NCBI GenBank assembly: GCA_038893995.1
Contig: JAWAQK010000001.1
Span: 61,956 to 125,955, forward strand
Direction of reading: 5' to 3'
Length of the DNA: 64,000 nt
Origin: Candidatus Thorarchaeota archaeon
GTDB taxonomy: Archaea > Asgardarchaeota > Thorarchaeia > Thorarchaeales > Thorarchaeaceae
The position numbers and the translations under genes are program-made. Shown in pieces: positions 35,006-45,491 of the stretch (within the stretch, counting starts at the first letter, position 1; each line of letters starts with the position of its first letter). The notes beneath the pieces were generated by a model. It was given only the letters and a program-made list of their open reading frames with translations, ran no database searches and was not told the DNA's origin.

Positions 35006-38000
35006 ATGAGTCCACTATCTAAGAGGTACGAACCACAAGCAGTAGAGGAAGAAGTGCTCGAGTTCTGGAGCAAGAACCGCATATTTGAGAAGACCGTGAA
35101 GATGCGCGAGACAGGTCCCAGATGGAATTTCCTTGAGGGGCCTCCAACCACGAATGGGTTCATGCATGTGGGCCACGCGCGCGGACGCGCAATGAAGGAC
35201 GCAAAGATAAGGTACATGACAATGAGGGGCTACAACGTCTGGAGACGCGGTGGCTGGGACATGCAGGGACTTCCAGTGGAGCTGGAGGTCGAGAGAAAGG
35301 AGGGGATCGAGGAGAAGGGAGATGTAGAGAAGACCATTGGGCTGGATCTCTTCGTGCGCAAGTGCAAGGAACTTGTGGACTACTACCTCGAGGGATGGGT
35401 CAGAGACTCAGTCCGACTTGGTCTCTGGCTCGACTTTGATACGGCCTACCAGACGAGGAGAGACGACTACATAGAGCATGTCTGGCACTTCGTAAAACTT
35501 GCCAGTGAGAAGGGTCTACTGAGCAGGGGGTATCGTATCAACCCAGTCTGTCCACGATGTGTGACTGCGCTCTCTGGTCACGAAGTCTCACAGGGATACA
35601 TGACCAAGACAGACCCATCCATATACGTGAAGTTCCGACTCGTCAGGAATCCCAGGGAGTATCTCGTCATCTGGACAACCACACCATTCACACTGCTATC
35701 GAACGAGATGGTCTCAGTCCATCCTGACTATTCATACGCAAAGGTCCATGTCGGAGACGAAGAGTGGTGGATCGCGGAGAGTCTCGTGGAAACGGTCATG
35801 TCAAAGGCAGGCGTATCAGAGTGGAAGGTGGTCACCACTCTTAGGGGAAGTGACATGCTAGGCTGGAAGTACGAACACCCCTTCAAGGACGAGGTCGCGT
35901 GGCATTCGGAACATACAGAGCAGTACATGCATGCCGTCGTGACCGGAGAGCATGTCACCATAGAGGATGGCACAGGACTGGTACACACGGCGCCAGGGTT
36001 CGGTCCAGACGACTTCGAGATGGGAAAAGAGTATGGAGTACCTGTGTTCTGTCCGGTGACAATGTCGGGGCGCTTCACCAGCGATGTCCCCATGTTCAAT
36101 GGGATGTCAGTATTTGAAGTCAACCCGTTAGTACCACCGATGCTCAGGAACAAGGGTCTCCTTGTCAAGGAGGAAACGATCGACCACGAGTATCCTCACT
36201 GTTGGAGATGCGACACGCCTCTCGTCTACCTGGCGGATGCATCACAGTGGTTCTTGAAGATGGAGGGAGTAAGAGACAGGCTCGTGGAGCTTAACAGGCA
36301 GATAGACTGGACACCCGAGTGGGCGGGCACCGGGAGATTCGGTGACTGGTTGGAGAATGCAGATGACTGGTGTATCTCCAGATCTCGTATATGGGGATCG
36401 CCTCTACCGGTATGGATCTGTGAGAGATGCGGGAACGAGATCGTGGTCGGATCGAGAGACGAACTCTCAATGCTGGCGGGGGGACTCCCGGCTGACTTTG
36501 AGCTCCACAGACCATGGGTGGACAGAGTGGACGTCAAGTGCCCCAGGTGCGGCGGGCACGCCAAAAGAGAACCATTCGTGGTGGACTGCTGGCTTGACTC
36601 GGGTATGGCGCACACTGCGAGCGTGGACTATCTGAAGGATCCAAGCCTCTTCAGAGAACTGTTTCCATTTGACTTCATCACAGAAGCGGTCGACCAGTCG
36701 AGGGGCTGGTTCTATAGTCTCCTGTACACATCGGCGGTCATGCACGACGAAACTCCCTTCAAGTCATGCCTGAGTCAGGGGCACGTACTCGACGAGCAGG
36801 GAGGGAAGATGAGCAAGTCCAAGGGCAACGTGGTCTGGGCGGAGAACGCGTTCAGGGATGTGGGTGCGGATCCATTCAGGCTCTTCGTACTGAGTCGATC
36901 AGCCCCCTGGTCAGCCATGAATTACTCCAGGTCCGAACTGGAATCGGCGACCAAGAACCTGAATATTCTCTGGAATGTGGTCCTGTTCGCAGACACCTAC
37001 ATGACTCTTGACCATTTTCGGTTTGACAGGGACAGAATGCTGAGAATGTTGCCTAAGGCGGATCTCGAAGACAGATGGCTCGTGTCAAGGACCCAGTCCG
37101 CCCTCAAGACGTATCACGAATACATGTCACGTCATCTGTTCCACCAGGCGAGCAGGGTCATGCTGGACCTGATAACGGAGGACATAAGCAGGGTCTACCT
37201 TCCCCTCGTCAAGAAACGCGTCTGGCTGGAGAGCAATGATCCGCGAAAGATGATGGCCTACGACGTGATGTACTATGCCCTCCAGGTGGTAACTAGAGCA
37301 TTCAATGTATTCACACCCTTCCTGTGCGAAAAACTGCATCAGGACTTCCTCCGTAAGTTCGGCGATAGCGATGTTGAGTCAATCAACATGACGGAAATAC
37401 CCGATGCTGACATGGACCTGAACGATCCAGAAGTGGAGAGGGCGTTCGATCTGTTGCAGGAGTTGCGGACGGCCGCCAGCCACGCCCGAAACAAGAGAGG
37501 CGTAAAGCTCAGACACCCTGTCGCATCTGTGATGTTTCTGCCCTCTACTCCCGAGGCCAGAACTGATGCACAGAGACTGTCAGGCATACTGCCAGAGGAC
37601 CTGAACACCAAGGAGTTCCTGATACTCGATGAGAGCTCAGTACCATCGTTTGTCAAGGTGGTAGCCAAGCCAAACTTCAAGGTCCTTGGTCCAAGGGTGA
37701 GAGACAAGATGAGGCAACTTGTGGCCTCCCTCGAGAGCACAGATGTGACTTCCCTGCGCAGGGACTTGGAGAAGGGGTCGGCGAGGTTGAGAGTTGGTGA
37801 CGAGTACATCGAACTTGTGCCTGGTGACCTGGAGTTCGAGGAGACCATGCCTGATAACATAGGCGTCGCCCAGTGTAGAATGGGCACTGTCTATGTCGAT
37901 GTCTCGAGGACCAGAGAGCTGCTTGCTGAGGGACTCATCAGAGATGTGACCCGAAGAGTCCAGGTGATGAGAAAGGAACTCGACCTCAGCGTGGAACAGT

Positions 38001-38203
38001 TTGTGAAGATAGCCATCAGGTTCTCAGACGAGGAATCAAGAGAACTTGCACAGTCATTCACCGACTATCTCTCCAGTGAGACTCGTGCAAGGAGTCTCAA
38101 GATCCTTGGACCCAAGGGTCGGACAAGGTGGAGTGACTTCAAGCACGTCAAGGACTGGGAGATAGAAGATCTGAAGATCAGGATTGGTATGTCACCTGCG
38201 TGA
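35006..38203 (+). CDS. ileS: Isoleucine--tRNA ligase (archaeal/eukaryotic type)
   Basis: EGPP..NG..HVGH, GWD.QGLP.E, WTTTP, GTG.VHTAP, DWCISRSR.WG, DQSRGWF, KMSKS. Confidence 0.96.
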   Translation: MSPLSKRYEPQAVEEEVLEFWSKNRIFEKTVKMRETGPRWNFLEGPPTTNGFMHVGHARGRAMKDAKIRYMTMRGYNVWRRGGWDMQGLPVELEVERKEGIEEKGDVEKTIGLDLFVRKCKELVDYYLEGWVRDSVRLGLWLDFDTAYQTRRDDYIEHVWHFVKLASEKGLLSRGYRINPVCPRCVTALSGHEVSQGYMTKTDPSIYVKFRLVRNPREYLVIWTTTPFTLLSNEMVSVHPDYSYAKVHVGDEEWWIAESLVETVMSKAGVSEWKVVTTLRGSDMLGWKYEHPFKDEVAWHSEHTEQYMHAVVTGEHVTIEDGTGLVHTAPGFGPDDFEMGKEYGVPVFCPVTMSGRFTSDVPMFNGMSVFEVNPLVPPMLRNKGLLVKEETIDHEYPHCWRCDTPLVYLADASQWFLKMEGVRDRLVELNRQIDWTPEWAGTGRFGDWLENADDWCISRSRIWGSPLPVWICERCGNEIVVGSRDELSMLAGGLPADFELHRPWVDRVDVKCPRCGGHAKREPFVVDCWLDSGMAHTASVDYLKDPSLFRELFPFDFITEAVDQSRGWFYSLLYTSAVMHDETPFKSCLSQGHVLDEQGGKMSKSKGNVVWAENAFRDVGADPFRLFVLSRSAPWSAMNYSRSELESATKNLNILWNVVLFADTYMTLDHFRFDRDRMLRMLPKADLEDRWLVSRTQSALKTYHEYMSRHLFHQASRVMLDLITEDISRVYLPLVKKRVWLESNDPRKMMAYDVMYYALQVVTRAFNVFTPFLCEKLHQDFLRKFGDSDVESINMTEIPDADMDLNDPEVERAFDLLQELRTAASHARNKRGVKLRHPVASVMFLPSTPEARTDAQRLSGILPEDLNTKEFLILDESSVPSFVKVVAKPNFKVLGPRVRDKMRQLVASLESTDVTSLRRDLEKGSARLRVGDEYIELVPGDLEFEETMPDNIGVAQCRMGTVYVDVSRTRELLAEGLIRDVTRRVQVMRKELDLSVEQFVKIAIRFSDEESRELAQSFTDYLSSETRARSLKILGPKGRTRWSDFKHVKDWEIEDLKIRIGMSPA

Positions 38204-38212
38204 GGGCCCCTG

Positions 38213-39526
38213 TTAGTGGAGCAGACCCTCTATCAGCCGTTGGAACATCCGACCATTCTCCTCCACTGACCTGAGGGAGACCCACTCATTTGGACCGTGG
38301 ATGTTTCCGCCAACTGGACCAAAGTCAAAGACCTGGGCATGGCGGTGGAAGTACCTGGAGTCAGAGGCACCGTAGCCCTCGACAAGGGAGTACCGAATTC
38401 CCTCAGCCTCGGCTGCTTGCCGAGCTGCTCTGATCAGTGGTGAGTTCGGGTCAGAGCACACACAGCCAGCACCAGCACTGACAGTCAGACTCTCAGGAAC
38501 CACATACAGCTCAAGTGCTCTGGCAACAGCCTCTCGAAGCGGTTCCCCGTCATCAGTCATGGCTCGGACATCGAAGTACAGGTCCCATAGGCCATTTTCA
38601 TAACGCATGACGTTTGGAGAGATTGTCGTTCCCCTGTCAGAGTGCTGGGTCGGGAAGTTGACATGCGAGACCGGAAGAAGTGACCTCATCAGGCCCGTGA
38701 GTCCCGCGTCGTACTGACACTCAGTCCCACCGGAGTCCTCATGCACCACGTCTAGTTCCACCCAGTCGGGTACCACATTCGACTTCACAAACGACCCACG
38801 GATGTCTCTTACCACCGTATGGGGATTTAGGTCAAGATATTTCGATGCTGCAAGCATCGAGTGTCTGTCTACACCTCTCTGCATGTAGGCAGAATGTCTT
38901 GACTCGTTTCCGAAAGTCTCAGTATGGATCCTGATAGTCTCATTCACGCCGGTGATGGTCCGAATGGAGCTCTTCACGCTGATTCGAACAGACATTGCGT
39001 TTCGTCTTCTGAAGATTATCTGTTGACCGATGCCATCTGCGACAACGACATAGTCCGGACTTGACCCGGTTTCTTTCAAGTGAGCCGCGAGATACCCGGC
39101 ACCCGAAGAGCCACCAACCTCCTCATCGCCAGTGACTGCAAACAGGATCCTACATCCCGGTGTCTTGCGACATACGCTCTCAGCAGTGATCAGTAGTGAA
39201 ACAATATTCCCCTTGTCATCACAAGTTCCACGACCATATGCTCGGTCGCCCTCGACAACAAGATCAAAGGGATTCGTATTCCAGCCTTCGCCGATTGGGA
39301 CTGTGTCGAAGTGTGCCAGAAAGAGGATTGTAGGGCAACCCGCGCCCACGCGACCCAGCACTGAATACACGCCTCCGTGCTCGAGCATCTCCGCCTCGAG
39401 ACCGAGTTCCCTGAACCGCGAGAGTATGTGGAGGGGACACTCACGTCCGGGCCTGATACCATTGGCCGGGTCACTGACGGTATTGAAAGCCACGAGATCC
39501 CTCAGTTCCATCTTGACGTCCGTCAT
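38213..39526 (-). CDS. M20 family metallopeptidase/deacylase (DapE/ArgE-like)
   Basis: HFDTVP, GRGTCDDKG, DEE, GASD, HGPNE. Confidence 0.88.
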   Translation of the reverse strand: MTDVKMELRDLVAFNTVSDPANGIRPGRECPLHILSRFRELGLEAEMLEHGGVYSVLGRVGAGCPTILFLAHFDTVPIGEGWNTNPFDLVVEGDRAYGRGTCDDKGNIVSLLITAESVCRKTPGCRILFAVTGDEEVGGSSGAGYLAAHLKETGSSPDYVVVADGIGQQIIFRRRNAMSVRISVKSSIRTITGVNETIRIHTETFGNESRHSAYMQRGVDRHSMLAASKYLDLNPHTVVRDIRGSFVKSNVVPDWVELDVVHEDSGGTECQYDAGLTGLMRSLLPVSHVNFPTQHSDRGTTISPNVMRYENGLWDLYFDVRAMTDDGEPLREAVARALELYVVPESLTVSAGAGCVCSDPNSPLIRAARQAAEAEGIRYSLVEGYGASDSRYFHRHAQVFDFGPVGGNIHGPNEWVSLRSVEENGRMFQRLIEGLLH

Positions 39527-39707
39527 TCTGACGTGGACAGGGGTGGCACCCGTATATCAACCGCTCGATGACAGTAGAGGAAGTCGCATCTATATCTGAA
39601 ATGCACATGCATTAGGACTGTGTCTGAGCAGATGCTCTACAGAGTCCTCTGGTCACTTGGAACGAGGGAAGAGACACCGGGGAGCCCGACTTCAGGCTCC
39701 ACTCGGC

Positions 39708-41924
39708 CTAACCAGTACGCTTGTAGACGAATCGAGACCAGTTGCTAATGGTCGGAACTTCAGCTGGCAGATTCTTCCTCTTTCGGATGTCGGCTATCTT
39801 CGACTCACTCAGATGGGACGGTAGCGGTTCGAACCCGCGGAACTCGTATCCAAAGAAGCTTCTGCCTGACGTCGCGCCACGAAACTCATCCGCGATACCG
39901 ATGGTCTCTGCGGTAGGCAAGGTCCCTCTGACTGTTACTGTATCCTCCTCTGCATCGATGGTGAGAATCTGTCCCCTGTGGCCGGTCAAGACCTTGATCA
40001 CCTGCCCCTGAGTGTCTGTAGGGGTCTTGATGTCCACGTTCAGGACGGGTTCGAACAGCACAGGGGCTCCGGTCAGAAACGACATGTTGAGTGCCGCTCC
40101 AGTCATCGTTGCAACTTCGCTGTAACCCGTGTGGGCAGGATCAGTGTGTATTGTGGCATCTGTAATGACTGCTTTTACGCCCATGACGGGCTCGCGTGCC
40201 AGTGGACCCCCATCAATGAATTCCCTGAACGTCGCCTGGACATACGGAAAGATCCGATCAAATCGCTGCACTCCAGTCATTGCGTCAATGAGCATCGACG
40301 TCTCGTATATGTCAATGATCTTTCGGGCCTCCTTCGGGTCCCATCCTGCCTCTGCACGAAGTATCTCTGCCCTGTCCTTTGCGTTCTGTTCCGCAGTGAT
40401 CTTCTTCTTGCGAATTAGCTCGAGAGTCTTCTCGTCCAGTGGCTCGAGGTACATCTTGATGCGGTTGTGACCGTTTGGTGACTTGGTGTGGAACTCCTCG
40501 CCGCGCTGAGTCATGCGTTCCCTGTAAACTATGATGGGCTCTGAGACCTTGATCTTGACCTGCTCGTCGATTCGCTTGGTCAATATCTCGATCTGAAGCG
40601 GGTCAATACCATCAAGGCGATACTCTCCTGACTCCTTGTCGTGAACGAACCGAGCAGTAGGATCAGCCATGATCCACTTGGAAACGACCTCGCCAAGTCT
40701 GGCTATGTCCTGTGGGTCCACGGGCTTTATGCTCCTGCTAACTACCGGCTCACAGACGTACTCTATGGCCTCGAAGCCGGGGATATCAGAGTCTGGGTCA
40801 ACAAAAGACTCACCCGAGGGACACATGAATCCAAAGATCGAGAACAGGTTGCCTGCAGGTACTTCGTCAATGTCAAGGATATCAGTTATCTCCTGGACAC
40901 CAAGCCTGCGCACTCGGGCGTTCTGTTTCATATTGACTAGTCTGATCTCCTGACCTGACCTCAGGGTGCCCGAGAAGAGACGACCAATGAGGGTGGGCCT
41001 CTTGCTCTTGGGATCTACGAATATCTTCGTTATCATACCGACAAGGGGTCCCTTCGGATCGCAGTTCAATAGTGCCTGACCCGCAGGACTATTCAGGTCA
41101 CCTCTCCATATTCGCGGAATCTTGTACTTCTGGGCCTCCCTGGGGTTTGGCAGGTGCTTGACTATCATCTCGAGTAGGGCATCGTCAAGCGGTAAGTTCT
41201 CCCTGAGCCATCTGTCGTCGCCAGACTGATACTTCTCAAAGACGACCATAGGATTGACGTTCTTCCTCCTGAGGACGTTGGACGTGAAGGCCCATCCAGT
41301 CTTGGCGCTACCTATGGCAACACTGCCTGCCTGGAAGCTCACCTGCCAGTCCTTTGCATGCTCGGGCGGTGCCACCTTTCTGATCAGCTCGTTGACCTTG
41401 GCAATGATCGCATCAATACGTTCTGATACTTTCTTGGGTGGTAGCTTCAGCTCATTGATTAGTCTGTCGACCTTGTTGACGAAAAGGACTGGTTTGCAAC
41501 CCTCACCACCCACTGAGAGACGGATGTTTGTTTCAGTCTGGGTCATGACACCCTCGAGTGCGTCCACCAGCAGAACAACACCATCACTGGCACGCAACGC
41601 GCGTGACACCTCGCCAGTGAAGGACAGGTGACCTGGCGTGTCCGAGAGCTGAACTAGGTACTCCTCTCCGTCGATCTCAAAGTTCAGCAGCACTACGGAT
41701 GTGAATATCGTGATACCTCGGGCCTTCTCTTCCTCATCACTGTCAGTGAGTAGGGCCTGACCAGCCTGTGCATCGCTCATGAGACCTGCTGCACGCAGAA
41801 GATAGTCTGACGTAGTCGTCTTGCCATGATCAATATGTGCACTGATCGATATTATCCGCTTGTGCTCAAAGTCGTCAGACTTGATGAGATTCTTGATGGC
41901 CTCAGGATCCTTGATCTTGACCAA
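39708..41924 (-). CDS. Elongation factor EF-2 homolog, probably Asgard paralog (aEF-2p-like)
   Basis: AHIDHGKTT, RGITI, DTPGH, NKVD, KSPNGHN; diphthamide loop HTDPAHTG; TTG 41924 with GGTGA SD. Confidence 0.92.
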   Translation of the reverse strand: MVKIKDPEAIKNLIKSDDFEHKRIISISAHIDHGKTTTSDYLLRAAGLMSDAQAGQALLTDSDEEEKARGITIFTSVVLLNFEIDGEEYLVQLSDTPGHLSFTGEVSRALRASDGVVLLVDALEGVMTQTETNIRLSVGGEGCKPVLFVNKVDRLINELKLPPKKVSERIDAIIAKVNELIRKVAPPEHAKDWQVSFQAGSVAIGSAKTGWAFTSNVLRRKNVNPMVVFEKYQSGDDRWLRENLPLDDALLEMIVKHLPNPREAQKYKIPRIWRGDLNSPAGQALLNCDPKGPLVGMITKIFVDPKSKRPTLIGRLFSGTLRSGQEIRLVNMKQNARVRRLGVQEITDILDIDEVPAGNLFSIFGFMCPSGESFVDPDSDIPGFEAIEYVCEPVVSRSIKPVDPQDIARLGEVVSKWIMADPTARFVHDKESGEYRLDGIDPLQIEILTKRIDEQVKIKVSEPIIVYRERMTQRGEEFHTKSPNGHNRIKMYLEPLDEKTLELIRKKKITAEQNAKDRAEILRAEAGWDPKEARKIIDIYETSMLIDAMTGVQRFDRIFPYVQATFREFIDGGPLAREPVMGVKAVITDATIHTDPAHTGYSEVATMTGAALNMSFLTGAPVLFEPVLNVDIKTPTDTQGQVIKVLTGHRGQILTIDAEEDTVTVRGTLPTAETIGIADEFRGATSGRSFFGYEFRGFEPLPSHLSESKIADIRKRKNLPAEVPTISNWSRFVYKRTG

Positions 41925-42506
41925 TGTGTTCACCTTGGAATTACTTCGACAACCCCCATCACACAACAGGCCAGCTGCGAAGAAGTCTGGCGGGGGAACC
42001 ACGTGGGCGTGGCACTTGGAGCGACGTCCAGACTATCCAATAAAAGATTATCGTCATGACTCGAGGAATTCAGGACGGCTCCAGTCGCGAGAGGCCATAT
42101 GTCGTTTCTACGACCATGAGACATGACTGCAGAGCACTCACTGAATAGGAACACATAATCTAGAGTGGTCCGACATATGGCCGCAGGTTTAGATGTATGC
42201 GGGACAGTGACCACCAGAGTGGAGCGACCCGCACCTGTCGTTCTCGCCGGGAGGGAAGCAGACTTGACCAACAGGAAGTATACGTCCAGTAAGGACTACG
42301 GGTCGTATCTCCGTCGGAGGAGACTTATAACTTACCTATAAAGATATTCTTCTGAGCATTGGGGGAACGATCTGTCGCAAAATCGAGGAGCCACTCAAGA
42401 CAGTTTGGAAGTATCGGCACGAGTCAGGGACCCCAACTCGAGAACGATTCTGGAGGCCTAGCTGAGCTGAGGCTGCGAGAAGGACATCACAAAACGAACA
42501 GTTGAA

Positions 42507-42582
42507 TGGTAGCCCCGCCAGGATTCGAACCTGGGTCAATGGATCCAGAGTCCATTGTGCTTGACCACTACACTACGGGGCT
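42507..42582 (-). tRNA. tRNA-Gln (anticodon CTG), CCA encoded, no intron
   Basis: AGCCCCG acceptor stem, ATGGA-CTCTGGA-TCCAT anticodon arm, GGTTCGAATCC T-arm, ACCA end. Confidence 0.96.
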
Positions 42583-42695
42583 ATCATCAGGAGATCCAGG
42601 ATGGACCTGGCCTAGCGTACCTGCCAGTGATTTAATAACTCTTGCGCAGCGAGTATGCGCATCGACAATCAGCTGCGGGGACGAGAACCGGAACT

Positions 42696-43430
42696 ATGCC
42701 AAGATGGACAGAGCTGACGCACCTGAGTTTTGTCAAGGCGATATCAGGCACCAGGGTCGCCATTCTTCCCACTGGATCCCTGGAGGCCCACGGAAATCAC
42801 CTGCCTCTTGGTACCGACACAATACTGCCGGAGTACCTTGCTGACAGGGTGAGCCGAAGGACGCATGCGCTGGTACTGCCGCCCATCCCATTCGGCGACA
42901 GCTGGGCCCTTGAGGGGTTTGCCGGTACCGTGACTGTAAGGCACCAGACGCTGGTCGAGTTCTACTGCGAGGTCATGGAGAGCATCTTCAGGAACGGCCT
43001 GAGCAGAATCGTCGTCCTGAACGGTCACGGGGGTAACACGTCTGCGATAGAGTCTGCTGCGAAGACTGCCACCCAGGACAACGACAGGATCGTGGTGATA
43101 GTCAACTGGTGGGTGGACCTCGCCAAGGAAACCAGACGCGAGGTCCTAGAGACCCCGGAGGGACACGCTGCTGAGGACGAAACTTCCGAACTCATGTATG
43201 TCAGGCCGGACCTCGTCGACATGACTGACCTGAAGTCAAGTACAGTACTGATGAGATACCGGGTGATATCAGCAGAGCATAGGAATGACCTCTATCGGTA
43301 CGCTGCAAGTGGTGATCCAGGGAAGGCCAACCCGGAAAAAGGAAAAAGGATTCTCGAGTCTGCCGAGGACGAACTGGTGCATCTCGTGGAGGATCTTGAA
43401 CGCGACCTCCTGCCCGTTGAGAGAGGCTAG
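42696..43430 (+). CDS. Creatininase/amidohydrolase family protein
   Basis: P.GSLEAHG.HLPLGTD, NGHGGN, GHAAEDETS. Confidence 0.92.
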   Translation: MPRWTELTHLSFVKAISGTRVAILPTGSLEAHGNHLPLGTDTILPEYLADRVSRRTHALVLPPIPFGDSWALEGFAGTVTVRHQTLVEFYCEVMESIFRNGLSRIVVLNGHGGNTSAIESAAKTATQDNDRIVVIVNWWVDLAKETRREVLETPEGHAAEDETSELMYVRPDLVDMTDLKSSTVLMRYRVISAEHRNDLYRYAASGDPGKANPEKGKRILESAEDELVHLVEDLERDLLPVERG

Positions 43431-44260
43431 AGACCCACCTTGAAGATCAGGGCATCACGGAGTATTCTTTGAAACATCCTCACGAGGTTCTTTCCCTCTG
43501 TGGCTACGGTCGGAAAGACCGGATGGGCCTCCAGGCCGAGCAGACTCATCATGTAGTCGATTGGAAGCGCGTTTGGCAGGTCCCTCTTGTTGAGTGCCAC
43601 GACGAGGGGTATGGTCGCCATCCTGTCGGTCCCCAGAGCCATTCTCAGCTCCTCTATGGATGCTATGTTCTCATTCATGGACTCAGGACGGGAATCAGCC
43701 ATGAATATTATGCCATCTGCGTCCTTCAGAACGAAGATACGATTCTGAGCGTGTCGTCTCTGACCAGGGACCGTGAACACATCAAAGACCACTCTCTCGT
43801 TGGCGGACACGGGTACGAAATCGAAGAAGGTCGTACGTCCGAGCTCATCCATCACTTCGACCAGTCGACTCTTGGAGAGTGTCCTCAGATTTGCAAAGAG
43901 CCACCTCAACGCGGTTGTCTTTCCCGACAGTGAGGGCCCGTAGAAGACGATCTTGATATGGAGCCGGCCAGCGCTGTCGCGCTTCAACAACCTTCCTGGG
44001 ACCAGCTCAGCTGTGCTCATTGGCTCAATACCAGCAGTCTGAGCCCTTGCCATCGTGGCAGATACGTCCATGATATCTTCATGTGTTGCGACCAGTGTAC
44101 CAGCAGGGGTCAGGGGAGTTCTTGCCTCGGGAGAGACTGACGGAGAAGACTCTACAACATGGGTCTCTCCAGGGGGAGAACTGGTCTCTACACTAGTTTC
44201 TTCGGGCTTGGCCTCGGGGGCACGTCTCCTGCCCAACCGGGCCGCCAACCAACGAATCAC
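43427..44260 (-). CDS. MglA-like small GTPase with N-terminal disordered extension
   Basis: KIVFYGPSLSGKTT, RTTFFDF, TVPGQ, NKRD, TVA. Confidence 0.88.
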   Translation of the reverse strand: MIRWLAARLGRRRAPEAKPEETSVETSSPPGETHVVESSPSVSPEARTPLTPAGTLVATHEDIMDVSATMARAQTAGIEPMSTAELVPGRLLKRDSAGRLHIKIVFYGPSLSGKTTALRWLFANLRTLSKSRLVEVMDELGRTTFFDFVPVSANERVVFDVFTVPGQRRHAQNRIFVLKDADGIIFMADSRPESMNENIASIEELRMALGTDRMATIPLVVALNKRDLPNALPIDYMMSLLGLEAHPVFPTVATEGKNLVRMFQRILRDALIFKVGL

Positions 44261-44362
44261 GGCGCTCCTCTCCGTAACCTAAAACGGATGGCCATGTTTT
44301 AAAACTTCGTCAGATAGTGTCCGAGTGATGTTTATCAGTACGGAGGCCTAGCGGGTAGCACC

Positions 44363-45490
44363 GTGGACGAGAAGAGCGTTCGAGATCTTGTGGCCAGGTC
44401 CTTTCCCAGCCTGGCAGAGATGACGTACCTCAACAATGCATCGACAGGGATACCTCCTGTCGAGATGATCAATGCCGTGAACGCCTACCTGAGCGAGCGC
44501 ATGATGGCGAAAGACCTGATGGAGTATACCATTGAGAAGATGACAAGCGTCCGAGAGAGGCTTGCACGTCTCCTAGGGGGGCGTCCCGAGAACTACGCAC
44601 TCATGACCAGCACATCGGATGGCCTCAACGCTGCAGCTCACAGCATATCGTATCGGCCCGGTAGCAACATTGTCATCAGTGATCTAGAGTTCCCATCCAA
44701 CTACATCCCCTGGCAACACGCATGTCGGTTGTATGGTACGGAACTGCGTGTGGTGAGGTCCAAGAACGGAGCAGCGCCCGAAGAAGACTACATCCGGCTC
44801 ATAGACGACAAAACCACAATTGTAGCAGTCAGTCACGTTCAGTTCGCATCTGGCTACAGATCAGACCTGTCCCTGCTGAGTGAGTCTGTTCATCAGGTCG
44901 GCGGCTATCTCGTGGCAGACATCATTCAGTCTGCGGGGTGTGTCTGCATCGATCTTGAGCGACTCGGGGTGGACTTCGCGGCTGCACAGGCTGCAAAGTG
45001 GCTGATCGGGCCCATTGGAGCAGGGTTTCTCTACGTCAGCGATCGAGCCATCGAGACCGTGACACCGCGTTATGCGAGCTGGTGGGGAATGGAAGACCTA
45101 GAGGACTTCTCATTTCGGGAACGCAGGATGTTGCCTGACGCACGGAGATTCCAGACCGGATCATTGCCAATGATGCCCCTTGTAGGATTCGATGCATGTC
45201 TTCACGTGCTGTCCACCATCTCAATCGATACCGTTTCGAATCTGGCAAATGATAGAGCGGACTATCTGAGGAGCAGGTTACATGAGGAGGGTGTGAGCCA
45301 CTATGACTTCGGCAGAGAACACAACTCGACGATCGTCTCTCTTCAGGTTTCAGATGCCGAAGAGGTCGTCAAGAGATTGGCTGAGGAACGCATCTACTGT
45401 TCTGCAAGACAGGGTCGACTGAGGGTCTCGCCTCATTTCTATAACACACGTGGTGATATAGACCGGCTCATTGAACATCTGGTGATGTGA
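44363..45490 (+). CDS. Class V PLP enzyme (cysteine desulfurase/C-S lyase-like)
   Basis: YLNNASTG, EFPSN, D.IQSAG, KWLIGP, RVSPHFYN. Confidence 0.88.
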   Translation: MDEKSVRDLVARSFPSLAEMTYLNNASTGIPPVEMINAVNAYLSERMMAKDLMEYTIEKMTSVRERLARLLGGRPENYALMTSTSDGLNAAAHSISYRPGSNIVISDLEFPSNYIPWQHACRLYGTELRVVRSKNGAAPEEDYIRLIDDKTTIVAVSHVQFASGYRSDLSLLSESVHQVGGYLVADIIQSAGCVCIDLERLGVDFAAAQAAKWLIGPIGAGFLYVSDRAIETVTPRYASWWGMEDLEDFSFRERRMLPDARRFQTGSLPMMPLVGFDACLHVLSTISIDTVSNLANDRADYLRSRLHEEGVSHYDFGREHNSTIVSLQVSDAEEVVKRLAEERIYCSARQGRLRVSPHFYNTRGDIDRLIEHLVM

Positions 45491-45491
45491 G

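Noticed and set aside
42060-42507. Integrated element at the tRNA 3' end
   Set aside because: No integrase and no duplicated tRNA end seen.
42336-42844. ORFs overlapping the tRNA
   Set aside because: Spurious translations of tRNA-Gln.
44363-45490. Aspartate decarboxylase for the adjacent pan genes
   Set aside because: Motifs are class V aminotransferase type, not group II decarboxylase.
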